From a virus (lineage: Duplodnaviria > Caudoviricetes), in IMG/VR virus record IMGVR_UViG_2615840613_000003, positions 1-64,000 of that record: a DNA stretch of 64,000 nucleotides, one strand, 5' to 3'. Within the stretch, counting starts at the first letter, position 1, and every line of letters starts with the position of its first letter. The notes beneath the pieces are model-generated. The model was given only the letters and a program-made list of their open reading frames with translations, had not been told where the DNA came from and did not search any database. Of this stretch, positions 1 through 10,456 are shown piece after piece. Both the position numbers and the translations under genes were made by a program.

Positions 1-347
1 GCTTGGCAGCCGGCGTCACCACTTTTTTCCCAGCAGGTCTTTCAACCCCGCATTGTCGAGCATCGCATCCGCCAGCAGCCGCTTCAGCCTGGCATTCTCG
101 TCCTCGAGCGCGCGCAGACGTTTCGCCTCGCTCAGCTCCAGCCCGCCATACTTGGCCTTCCACGCATAGAAAGTCGCGCTCGACATCCCGTGCTTGCGGC
201 ACAGATCCAGCACCACCGCCCCCGCATCGGCCTCCTTCAAAATGCCAATGATCTGCTCGTCCGAAAACCGCTTCCGCTTCATCCAATCCGTCCCTCTGCT
301 GGGCCGGACTCTACTCGCAAGTGGAGGAAAAACAGGGGGTCAGGTCA
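1..347 (-). mobile_element. IS3-family insertion sequence (left end; continues beyond window start) inserted in drmD
   Basis: Minus strand starts TGACCTGACCCCCTGTTTTTCCTCCAC at 347 (TG-starting terminal IR), followed by OrfA and an A-AAA-AAG frameshift heptamer at 28-22. The helicase reading frame resumes at 348. Confidence 0.9.
16..282 (-). CDS. IS3-family transposase OrfA (HTH)
   Basis: MKRKRFSDEQIIGILKE...LCRKHGMSSATFYAWKAKYGG...LEDENARLKRLLAD is typical IS3/IS407 OrfA. It ends GGA AAA AAG TGG TGA. Confidence 0.93.
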   Translation of the reverse strand: MKRKRFSDEQIIGILKEADAGAVVLDLCRKHGMSSATFYAWKAKYGGLELSEAKRLRALEDENARLKRLLADAMLDNAGLKDLLGKKW

Positions 348-2206
348 CGACGATCGAAGGTCGGGCGGCTGGCGAGCGCAGCCAGAAGAAATTCGATGAC
401 CGCATCCTTCGGCGGGCGATAGCGAAGACCGAGGAAGACTACGCAGACGACGCACAGCGGGATGCCGCCGAGGCTGAAGCGATCGAGGAAGCGGGCAAGC
501 ATGTCCGGCCACCGACCGACGAAGAACGCCGGATGCTCGACCGATTGCGATCCTGGGCCCAACAGGCGGCTCGTCGGGCCGATGCAAAGGCCACTGCCGT
601 GCTGGGTTGGCTGGCCAGTCACCTGAAGGACGGTGACAGGTGGACGAACGAGCGGGTGATCCTGTTCACCGAGTATCGCGCCACACAGCAATGGATGCAG
701 GAGATCCTCGCATCTCACGGCTTCGGGGGCGAGCGATTGGCTCTCATCTATGGCGGCATGGACCCGAAAGAACGCGAGGGCGTGAAAGCCGCGTTCCAGG
801 CCAACCCCTCGGAATCCCCGGTGAGGATACTGCTGGCGACCGATGCCGCCTCCGAGGGCATCGATCTCCAGAACCACTGCCACCTGATGATCCACCTCGA
901 AATTCCGTACAACCCGAATGTGATGGAGCAGCGGAACGGCCGCATAGACCGCCATGGGCAACGCGCCAGCGAGGTCGTCATCTGGCACCCGGTGGATGCC
1001 GAGGGTGACCACGGTGACGATATCCTCCGTGCGCTTCGTAAATTGGATGCGATGCGCGCCGACATGGGGAGCGTGAACCCCGTCATCGCGCCTCAACTGC
1101 CCGACCTGCTCGAGGGGCGCCGCCGCGATCTCGACACGAGACAAGCCGAAGCCCGGATGGAGAAATCTCGCCGCTTCGTCAAGGCGGAGCGCGACCTACG
1201 CGAACGTGTGGCCAAACTCCATGCGCGACTGAACGAGACCCGGCACGAACAGAGGCTCGTGCCCGACCACATCGAGCGGGCGGTACGCACCGCGTTGCGT
1301 CTTGCGGACAAACCCGACTTGGAGCCCGTTTCTCTGGCCGGTGCACCAGACGGCACGGTTTTCCGAATGCCGCCGCTCTCGGGTTCCTGGTCCCGATGCC
1401 TCGAGGGTCTAGAGCACCCCTACACGCAGAAGGTCCGCCCGATCACCTTCGACCACGAGGTCGCCAAGGGCCGTGATGACGTCGTTCTCGTTCACCTGAA
1501 CCACCGGCTGGTCCAGATGAGTCTGCGGCTCCTGCGCGCGGAGATCTGGGCGCGCGACGATGTGAAGAAGCTGCACCGCGTGACCGTCCGGTCGCTTCCG
1601 GATGGGCGGATCGAGGGACCGGCCGTGGTGGTGATGTCGCGGCTCGTCGTGACCGGCGGGAACCATCATCGCCTGCACGAGGAGCTCACGGAGGCTGGCG
1701 GCTATCTGCGCGATGCCGGTTTCCGGCGGGAGGAACGGGTCACGGAGGTCCGACGATGGCTGGAGGAGTCGCACCCTGCGGACCTTTCGGATGCGACGTT
1801 CGACGCCTTGAGGACGCGCTTCGACAAACAGCGTGATTCCGTTCTGGCAGCCGTCGAGGCACGCTCGAAAGACCGGCTACGCTTCCTCGCGAACACGATC
1901 GAGACCCGGAAGCGCAAGGAGGCCGAGGACATCCGCCAAGTCCTGGACGATCTCGAACGAGCGCTGAAGACCGAGATCGCGGCGGAACAACAACCCGTGC
2001 AGCTCTCTCTTTTCTCCGAGGACGAACGCACTCAGCTCAAGCGTGACCGAGCGGCCCTCGAAGCACGCCTGGCCCGGATCCCGAAGGAGCGCGAGCAAGA
2101 GCTACGCGCGATCGAGGAACGGCACTCCAATGCCGTCGAGCGTACCTTCCCCGTGGCCGTGGTGCTGCTGGTTCCGAACTCCCTCGCGACGGAGAAGCGC
2201 GGATGA
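348..2206 (+). pseudogene. drmD: 3' part of DISARM SNF2-like helicase DrmD, interrupted by IS3
   Basis: Helicase C motifs VILFTEYRAT, LLATDAASEGIDLQ and MEQRNGRIDRHGQ. First gene of the DISARM order. The N-terminal half is replaced by IS sequence. Confidence 0.85.
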
Positions 2207-5200
2207 GCAACGATCACGAGTGGCTGAACCTCATCGAAGTCTCTGGGCCCTTTCTGGCGGTGCCGGTGCTGCGGGAAGTCTTCCCGCAAGGCCTCGAAGC
2301 TCTGCCTTCCGGGCGGCCTCAGCGGCTTCGGCGGACCTATGAGGAATGGCGCGATGCAGTCGACATGGACGACCTCGACCTTCCAGCGCTGCACGCGGCC
2401 TGGATCGACGACGTGCTGGTCACAGCGCTGGAAATGGATGAGACGGTGCTGCGCAGGGGCGCGACACTGTCTGAGAAGCTGACTGTCTCGATGCCCGAAC
2501 ACGGGGTCACGGTCGCGCCCGATCTGGCCGTCGTCAATCCGACGAACTCCGACCAACCGCTTCTGCTCATCCACGTCTACGAGCCCGACACCGATCTCGA
2601 CGCGACGCGCCGTTTCGATGGCCTCGCGATCACCCCGGCCGACCGGATGGTCGCTCTGCTCCGGGCTACGGGATGCCCCACTGGCATCGTCACCAATGGT
2701 GAGCGCTGGATGCTCGTCCACGCGCCCATCGGCGCCGTAGCAGGCTTCGCGAGCTGGTATGCGCGCCTTTGGGGTCAGGAACCGGAAACGCTGCGCGCCT
2801 TCGTCAGCCTTCTGGGCATCCGCCGCTTCTTCGGACCCGAAGAAGTAAAGCTGCCGGCGCTCTATGAGCGGTCTTTGAAGCACCAGGACGACGTGACCGA
2901 GGCGCTCGGAGAACAGGTCCGGCGCGCCGTCGAAGTGCTCGTCCAGGCACTCGACCGCGCCGATCAGGATCGCAATCGCGAACTCCTGCGCGACGTCGAT
3001 CCGCGAGAGCTCTACGAGGCCGGTCTGACGGTCATGATGCGGCTCGTCTTCCTGCTGTCTGCCGAGGAACGTGCCCTGCTCCTGCTCGGCGATCCCCGTT
3101 ACGACTCCTTCTACGCCATCTCCAGCCTGCGAATGCAGCTGCGTGCGGATTCCGAAGAGATCCTCGAGCGTCGCCGCTCTGCCTGGTCGCGGCTGCTCGC
3201 TCTGTTTCGTGGCGTGTATGGCGGTATCGATCATCCGACGCTGCGCCTTCCGGCACTCGGTGGTTCGCTGTTCGACCCGGATCGATATCCGTTCCTCGAA
3301 GGGCGAAAGAAGGGCACGAGCTGGCGGAGCGATCCAGCCGAACCGCTGCCGATCGACGACCGCACCGTTCTTCTTCTGTTGGAAGCGATCCAGACCTTCG
3401 AAGGTCGCACGCTGTCCTATCGCGCACTCGACGTGGAGCAGATCGGCCACGTCTACGAGGGCCTCCTCGAACGCACGGTGAAGCGCGTCGACGACGTCAC
3501 CCTGGAACTCGATAGCGGCGCGAAGGCCAAGAGCCCGCGCGTGACGCTCGGCGAGATCGAGTCGGCACGGCTGGATGGCCCTGCAAAAGTGGCCGAACTG
3601 CTCAAGGAACGGAGCGAGCGATCGGAGTCCGCCATCCGCAACGCCCTTGAGCGGGCGGCCGACGATCGTCTCGCCGCACGTTTGCTCACCGTCTGTCGCG
3701 GCGACGTCGGTTTGCGAGATCGCATCCTGCCCTGCGCGCCCCTCCTGCGGACCGACCCGTGGGGCTATCCGCTCGTGCACCACAAGGGCGCCTTCGTCGT
3801 CGTACTCGGCGCCGACCGGCGTGAGAGCGGCACGCATTACACGCCCAAGAGCCTGACCGAGAAGATCGTAGCAGAAACGCTGACGCCGGTCGCCTACCGC
3901 GGCCCAGCCGAAGGCAAGGTGCCCAAGGAATGGGAGCTGAATAGCGCCGAGGAGCTGCTGGATCTGAAGGTCTGCGATCCCGCTATGGGGTCCGGAGCCT
4001 TCTTGGTTCAGGCGTGCCGATGGCTCTCGGATCGTCTGGTCGAGGCTTGGTCGGTGACGGAGGCCAGCGGCAAGCAGATCGACAGCGAAGGGCGGATCGT
4101 TGACGCCTCCTCCGGAGGCTTCGACCCCCTGTCACAGGACGTAGAGGAACGCGCCATCGTCGCCCGTCGCCTCGTGGCGGAACGGTGCCTCTACGGTGTG
4201 GACAAGAACCCGCTGGCCGTGGAGCTGGCCAAGCTCTCGCTCTGGCTGACCACCATGTCGAAAGGGCGGCCCTTCGGCTTCCTCGACCACAATCTGCGCA
4301 GCGGTGACAGTCTGCTCGGGATCCACGACCTTGATCAGTTGGTCGAGCTCGACATGAACCCCACGGGCAAGGCCCAAATGCGGTTGTTCGGCCGCACCAT
4401 CCGATCAGCGGTCGACAAGGCGATTGAGCTTCGTGCGCGTCTTCGGGCGATTCCTATTCGCGACATTCACGACGTGGAAGCCATGGAAGCGCTCGACGAG
4501 CAGTCGCGTGGCGAAATGGCACTGCCGGTTCTCATCGCCGACAGCTTCGTCGGCATCATTCTGGCTGAGGACCGGGCCGGGGATAGGGCTGCACGTGTTG
4601 AAGCGCTTGCAGCATTGGCCGACGCGGCCACGAGTGGCGCCGACACTACGAAAGACCGGCTTCGACGCGATGCATCAACCGACCTGGGCAAAGACTCTCC
4701 TGATGGGACCACTCGGAACCCATTCCATTGGCCTCTAGAGTTCCCTGAAGTATTTGCGAGAAAGAACCGGGGTTTTGACGCCTTTGTGGGAAACCCACCC
4801 TTCATGGGAGGCAGACTATTAGGTCGCCGACTGGGCCTATCCTATCAAGAATACCTCAAATTCGTCCGAAACGGCGTCGTCGGCTCCCCCGATCTTTGCG
4901 CCTATTTCTTCTTGCGTGCGTTCAGTCTCATTGGAACAAGGGGCTACGTTGGCTTGCTTGCAACCAAATCGATCACAGAAACAGGCTCCCGAGTAGTTTG
5001 CCTCGACCAAATTATTGAGAAAGGCGGCGTGATCTATCGCGCGAACTCGAGATTTCCGTGGCCCGGCAATGCTGCCGTTGTCGTATCGATTGCGTGGATT
5101 GCACGCGACGAATGGAAGGATTCGAAAGTTCTCGATGACAGTGCGGTCCAAGCGATCAACGGCGCCTTGGAAGAGGACTTCCAGATAAAGCGGCCAGTGA

Positions 5201-6464
5201 AACTAAAAGCCTTGAAAGGCCTATTCTCGCAGGGACAAGACGTTATGGGTCGAGGCTTCGAGCTCACAGCCGAAGAGCGCGCCGAGATTATTTCTAAAGA
5301 CCCGAAATGCGAAGAAGTTATATTTCCACTTTTTAATGGACAAGATCTCAACACAATGCCGAGGTTGATGCCTTATAGGTGGGTGATCTACTTCCGTGAC
5401 TGGCCAGAAGACAAAGCTCGTCAGTATGAGCCGGCATTCCAGCGGGTTAAAGAGCTAGTCAAACCTTATAGGGACTCGTTAACTGGTCAGATCCACCAAG
5501 ACTGCTTTTGGAAGCTTTGGGATCTAAGACCCGGCTTAATGCGGGAATTTTCCAAAAAACTAACGTATTGGCTATCGCCTCAGTCACAAAATACCTGTGC
5601 GTGAGTCGCGTACCAACATCAGCGGTTTACAATATGCAGGTCAAAGTTCTCTTCTTCGAAGGTTGGCGGGAGTTTTCTGTTCTCCAATCCACACTACACG
5701 ATACTTGGGCGCGATGGCAGGGTGGAACTCTTGGCGCCTCAACTCTTCGCTATTCCACGTCAGCTATCCTCGAAACTTGGCCAATGCCGAGCGAGCAGGC
5801 AACGGACCAACTTGAGCTGATAGGGGAGCGGTACTTCCAAACGCGCCAACAGCTCATGCTTGAGCGCTCGGCTGGCCTCACCGAGATTTACAACCAATTC
5901 CACAATCAAGAAGATCGATCCGAGGACATGGAGCGTTTTCGGGAGTTGCACACGGAAATGGATATCGCCGTCCTAAATGCCTATGGATGGAACGATATTG
6001 ATCTTGGGCACTCATTTCGAGAGGTTGATTATTTACCCGAGAACGATCGGGTCCGCTTTACCATTTCCAATGGTGCTCGCATGGAAGTTCTAAGGCGGCT
6101 CTCCGAACTTAATCACCAAAGATTTGAAGAAGAAGTCGAGCACGGTCTGCATGGCAGAAAAGCACCAGGGGACGTCAAAGCGCGAGCTCGTTCTAGAGAA
6201 AAATCTTCTCAGCAATCCTTCAATCTTGAGGGCGCGTCCGCACTTGCGCCAAAGGTTGCGGGAAATCCAAACGGCGCGACTGAGGCGATTAGGGCATTTC
6301 TTGAGACACGGCGAACTTGGCTGAGCAAGTCGGACATCCTCACCTATGTCGACATCCCCGATGGCCAGTGGAATGCCGCGATCAACGATCTCTTGGCTCG
6401 TGGCGCCGTCGAACGCCAGGGTGAACGCCGAGGCGCCCGTTACCGAATTGCTGAGAGTGATTGA
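2203..6464 (+). pseudogene. drmMI: DISARM N6-adenine methyltransferase DrmMI, split by a -1 frameshift at ~5554-5559 (ORFs 2203-5604 and 5508-6464)
   Basis: Motif I DPAMGSGAFL and motif IV GNPPF. The second ORF continues a TRD-like C-terminus (VLQSTLHDTWAR...LRYSTSAILETWPMP...LHTEMDIAVLNAYGW). The frames join at TCCAAAAAAC. Confidence 0.8.
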
Positions 6465-6466
6465 CC

Positions 6467-9400
6467 ATGGCCGATCTGACCACGACTACCGAACCATCCT
6501 TCAGCGCCTGGATCGTTAAGCGGACATCCAACGCGCCCCGCTATTCCGTCTGTATCGACCTGGGGCCAACCGCTCACGGCGCGATCGAGGAAGGCCACTG
6601 GATCGTCGTTCTGGACGATAGCGGGAACGTCTCAGAGGTAGGGCGGATCCTCCGCATCCGCTCGGACCTCGACAACGCCACGATTTATTTCGACCATTGG
6701 CACGCCGCCGATCCATACGTACCACTCGCAAATCTAGGTTTGACCGCGCCGACCGGTCCCGCGGCGCGGCTGCCATGGGACGAATTCCTCCGGATCCTGC
6801 CGCTGCTCGGCGTTTCTGCCCCCGGCGCAGTGCCGCTGATCGAAGATGTCGTCTACACCCGCGACCTCCTGGAACTCGCCGTGCGCGACGATCTGCTCGG
6901 CCCCGCCGGCGGGCCCCACGAGCTGATCAAGGACATGAGCGTCCGCGATCGCTACCTGGTGGGTAAGCTGGCGCCGCGCCGGCCGGATGACGACCAGGCA
7001 GCACGGGTTGAACCGGCCTCGGCAGCCGAGGAGGCTGGCGACCTCGAGGATGAACGGACGGCGCCACTCCACGAGCCCGGCGCCGAGTTCGCCAGTGCAT
7101 CGGGCCGGGTGGAGCCCGAGGACGACGCGCTCGACGAGATCGACACGACGAACAACCAGTCGCTGGTTCCCTCCAGCATGGGCCTCACCTTCTGCGTGGC
7201 GCCCGATGTCGGGAAGCTGGCCGTCGATGCACGGTGGGGACGGTACGAGCGGGTCCCGAACGATGAGCACGAGATCGTCAAGACGCGAAAGAATCGCCAG
7301 ACCGGTCACCAGGAGGAGGTGAAGGTCAGGGTCTGGCAGCGCATCCCGTGTGGTGGCGTTGTCACGGTTCCGCTCGTCGACGGGCCGATCAAGCCGTCCA
7401 CTCCCGATCCCGATCAACCGGACGTCCGCCTGCAGGGGGCGGTTCGGACGAACAACAAGGGGGAGCGCCTGGTCACTTTGTTCCTCGTCAACGGGCAGTT
7501 GGAACCCGAAGACAACAAGGACCGCGCCTGGCTGTTCCAGCCGGAGATCACCGTCGAGGCCCCCGAAGATCACGGGGACAAGTCGGTCTTTCGGCGTCGC
7601 CCCTCCAACGAAGTGGTCGTCGACGACCCGGAACGCGACCGTCTCGCGCTCATCTATCGCAACAGGCTGGAGTTCGCGGTCGGACACGGGGTGTCCGTTC
7701 ACGCCGATACGACGCCCGAGGAGCCGACGAAGGCCCATCGCGTCAGAACGGAGATCATCCCGCGTTACGAAGTCGCCGTCACCGAAACGCCGGGCCTCGA
7801 TCCTAGGGACCGCCCTGCCATGCGGCGCATGGTCGACGAGGGCTGGCTCGACATGACGCGGCTGGCGGAGATGGCGCCGGACGCGCTGCGCGACGCTCTT
7901 TCGTGCCTCGTCGACGATTACGCCGTTTGGATCGGCGAACAGAAAACCCGGTTGGGGTCGGAGATCACCGGCTTCGATGATCCGGGCAAGGACGTCATTC
8001 AGCGCTGCGAGGAGATCCTGCGCCGCCTCCGAGAGGGTATGGATACTCTCTTCGCCGATCCGAAAGCGCTGGAGGCGTTCCGCTTCGCCAACCGGTCCAT
8101 GGCCATGCAGCGTGTCCGAAGCATCTACGCTCTGAAGCGCAGACGGAACGAAGCCGTCGACGTGACCACTTTGGACGTGCCGAAGAACAGATCGTGGCGC
8201 CCGTTCCAGCTGGCGTTCCTGCTCCTGTCGATCCCGTCGCTCGCCGAACCAACTCACCCGGACCGGACGAAGCCGGTCGAGGCGTTCGCCGATCTCCTCT
8301 GGTTCCCGACGGGTGGTGGCAAGACCGAGGCCTATCTCGGTGTGGCGGCCTTCGCCATGGCCATGCGCCGACTGAAGAATGATCTCGGCGGCCTCGACGC
8401 ATCACGCGGTCTCGCCGTCATCATGCGCTACACACTGCGACTGCTGACTCTGCAGCAGTTCCAGAGGGCGACGACGCTGCTCTGCGCGATGGAGGTCATC
8501 CGTCGTGCAGACGACAAGACCTGGGGCAAGGAACCTTTCACGCTCGGTCTCTGGGTCGGCAATCGCGTGACACCGGGCACGACCGAAGCGTCTCACCAGG
8601 CTGTCGAGGCCATTCGAAACAACGATCGCAACAAGGCGGGCATCGCTTCGCCTGCACAACTGACCAGCTGCCCTTGGTGCGGTTCGGAGATCTCCGGTGG
8701 TCGCGACATCGAGGTCGACAGGATCGCCGGCCGAACGCTGATCCACTGCGGCGACAAGCTGGGCGGCTGCGATTTCTCGAAGGCGAAATCCACTGGACAG
8801 CCTCACCCGGGGCTTCCCGTGAAAGTCGTCGACGAGGAAATCTATCACCGCCCGCCGACGATGATGATCGCGACCGTGGACAAGTTCGCGATGATGGCGT
8901 GGCGTCCCGAGGTTCGGAACCTTTTCGGCCGCGTCGAGCAGGAATGCGGACGCCATGGTTTGCTCTGGCCGAGTCACGACTGCGGCACGGGGCACCGAGC
9001 GAGGGGGGCATATCCGGCCGCCAGTGTGAAGCCGGTCCGCGCAATTCGACCACCAGACTTGATCATCCAGGACGAGTTCCACCTCATCAGCGGTCCGTTG
9101 GGCACCATGGTGGGTCTTTACGAGACGGCCGTCGACGAGCTGAGCAGCTGGGCTCTGGGTGACAAGAAGGTTCGCCCCAAGGTCGTGGCTTCCACCGCGA
9201 CCGTGCGGCGGGCCGATGACCAGGTGCGCAATGTGTTCATGCGCCGCATTTCCGTGTTTCCCCCTTCGGGCCTGGACGTCGAAGACAATTTCTTCTCAGT
9301 CCAGAGACCCATCCGCGAGAAACCCGGCCGACGGTACATGGGTATCTGCGCACCCGGCAGCTCTCGCCCTGCGGTGCTGATCAGGACCTACACGGCGTTC

Positions 9401-10456
9401 CTCACCGCCGCGCAGGCGCTGTTCGATCGGTTCGGCCCGGTGGCCGACCCCTATATGACCCTCGTCGGCTACTTCAACTCGCTGCGAGAACTCGGAGGGA
9501 TGAAGCGTTTGGCGGAAGACGACGTCCAAACGCGTTCCTTCCGCGTCGAGATGAGCCTGGTGGACCGACCGGGGCTCTCCCAACGGCGCGTCGAGGAAAT
9601 CAGCGAACTGACGTCGCGCGTCTCGAGTCAGGACATCCCGCGGTACCTCGATCAGCTCGAGGTTCCTTTCGATGGCACCTTCGACCCGGCATTAGGCAAA
9701 TGGGTGACCAACAGGAAGCCCGGGGAGGCCCGCCCGATCGATGTCGTTCTTGCGACGAACATGCTGTCGGTCGGTGTCGACGTGAATCGTCTCGGGGTGA
9801 TGGTCGTAAACGGTCAGCCGAAGGGAACGGCCGAATACATCCAGGCCACCAGCCGTGTGGGCCGCACGCCGCCGGGACTCGTCGCGACCGTGCTGACGTG
9901 GGCGCGGCCTCGCGACCTGTCGCACTACGAGACCTTCGAGCATTACCACGCGACCTTCTACCAGCACGTCGAGGCTCAATCCGTCACCCCGTTCTCGCCA
10001 CGGGCGTTGGATCGAGGGCTCACCGGCGCGATGCTCTCCATCATGCGTCACACCTACGATCCCTTCGCGGCAAATGACGGCGCTGGTGCCATGACCAGTC
10101 CGAGCCGCAAAGAGATGTTGGATACGATAGGCGCCGTCGCCGCTCGCACCTGGGAAGTCACGGAAGACTCGGGGAAGAAGACCCTGACCGGAGCCGAGAT
10201 GAAGAGCCGCGCTGACGATTGGGCCAATGAAGCGGGCGTAGGGGGCCGCACGCTCGTCTACCAGAAGCACGGCGCAGGACCCACTGCCTATCCGCTGCTT
10301 TCGGCGCCTGGCATCAAGCCTTGGACCGACTGGACGGTCCCGATGTCCATGCGCGAAGTCGAGCCTGGTGTCAGGCTCGTGATGGAGGACGACCGTTCGA
10401 CGAGTGATCCGACTTGGAGACCGCGGGTGACGCAGCCCCAGGAGGATCAGCAATGA
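6467..10456 (+). CDS. drmA: DISARM helicase DrmA
   Basis: Walker A PTGGGKT, IIQDEFHLI, ATNMLSVGVDV and YIQATSRVGR. Lies upstream of the DUF1998 gene. Confidence 0.92.
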   Translation: MADLTTTTEPSFSAWIVKRTSNAPRYSVCIDLGPTAHGAIEEGHWIVVLDDSGNVSEVGRILRIRSDLDNATIYFDHWHAADPYVPLANLGLTAPTGPAARLPWDEFLRILPLLGVSAPGAVPLIEDVVYTRDLLELAVRDDLLGPAGGPHELIKDMSVRDRYLVGKLAPRRPDDDQAARVEPASAAEEAGDLEDERTAPLHEPGAEFASASGRVEPEDDALDEIDTTNNQSLVPSSMGLTFCVAPDVGKLAVDARWGRYERVPNDEHEIVKTRKNRQTGHQEEVKVRVWQRIPCGGVVTVPLVDGPIKPSTPDPDQPDVRLQGAVRTNNKGERLVTLFLVNGQLEPEDNKDRAWLFQPEITVEAPEDHGDKSVFRRRPSNEVVVDDPERDRLALIYRNRLEFAVGHGVSVHADTTPEEPTKAHRVRTEIIPRYEVAVTETPGLDPRDRPAMRRMVDEGWLDMTRLAEMAPDALRDALSCLVDDYAVWIGEQKTRLGSEITGFDDPGKDVIQRCEEILRRLREGMDTLFADPKALEAFRFANRSMAMQRVRSIYALKRRRNEAVDVTTLDVPKNRSWRPFQLAFLLLSIPSLAEPTHPDRTKPVEAFADLLWFPTGGGKTEAYLGVAAFAMAMRRLKNDLGGLDASRGLAVIMRYTLRLLTLQQFQRATTLLCAMEVIRRADDKTWGKEPFTLGLWVGNRVTPGTTEASHQAVEAIRNNDRNKAGIASPAQLTSCPWCGSEISGGRDIEVDRIAGRTLIHCGDKLGGCDFSKAKSTGQPHPGLPVKVVDEEIYHRPPTMMIATVDKFAMMAWRPEVRNLFGRVEQECGRHGLLWPSHDCGTGHRARGAYPAASVKPVRAIRPPDLIIQDEFHLISGPLGTMVGLYETAVDELSSWALGDKKVRPKVVASTATVRRADDQVRNVFMRRISVFPPSGLDVEDNFFSVQRPIREKPGRRYMGICAPGSSRPAVLIRTYTAFLTAAQALFDRFGPVADPYMTLVGYFNSLRELGGMKRLAEDDVQTRSFRVEMSLVDRPGLSQRRVEEISELTSRVSSQDIPRYLDQLEVPFDGTFDPALGKWVTNRKPGEARPIDVVLATNMLSVGVDVNRLGVMVVNGQPKGTAEYIQATSRVGRTPPGLVATVLTWARPRDLSHYETFEHYHATFYQHVEAQSVTPFSPRALDRGLTGAMLSIMRHTYDPFAANDGAGAMTSPSRKEMLDTIGAVAARTWEVTEDSGKKTLTGAEMKSRADDWANEAGVGGRTLVYQKHGAGPTAYPLLSAPGIKPWTDWTVPMSMREVEPGVRLVMEDDRSTSDPTWRPRVTQPQEDQQ

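Noticed and set aside
194-347. N-terminus of the 670-aa ORF 194-2206
   Set aside because: It is antisense IS3 sequence that happens to be in frame with the drmD remnant, not a real start.
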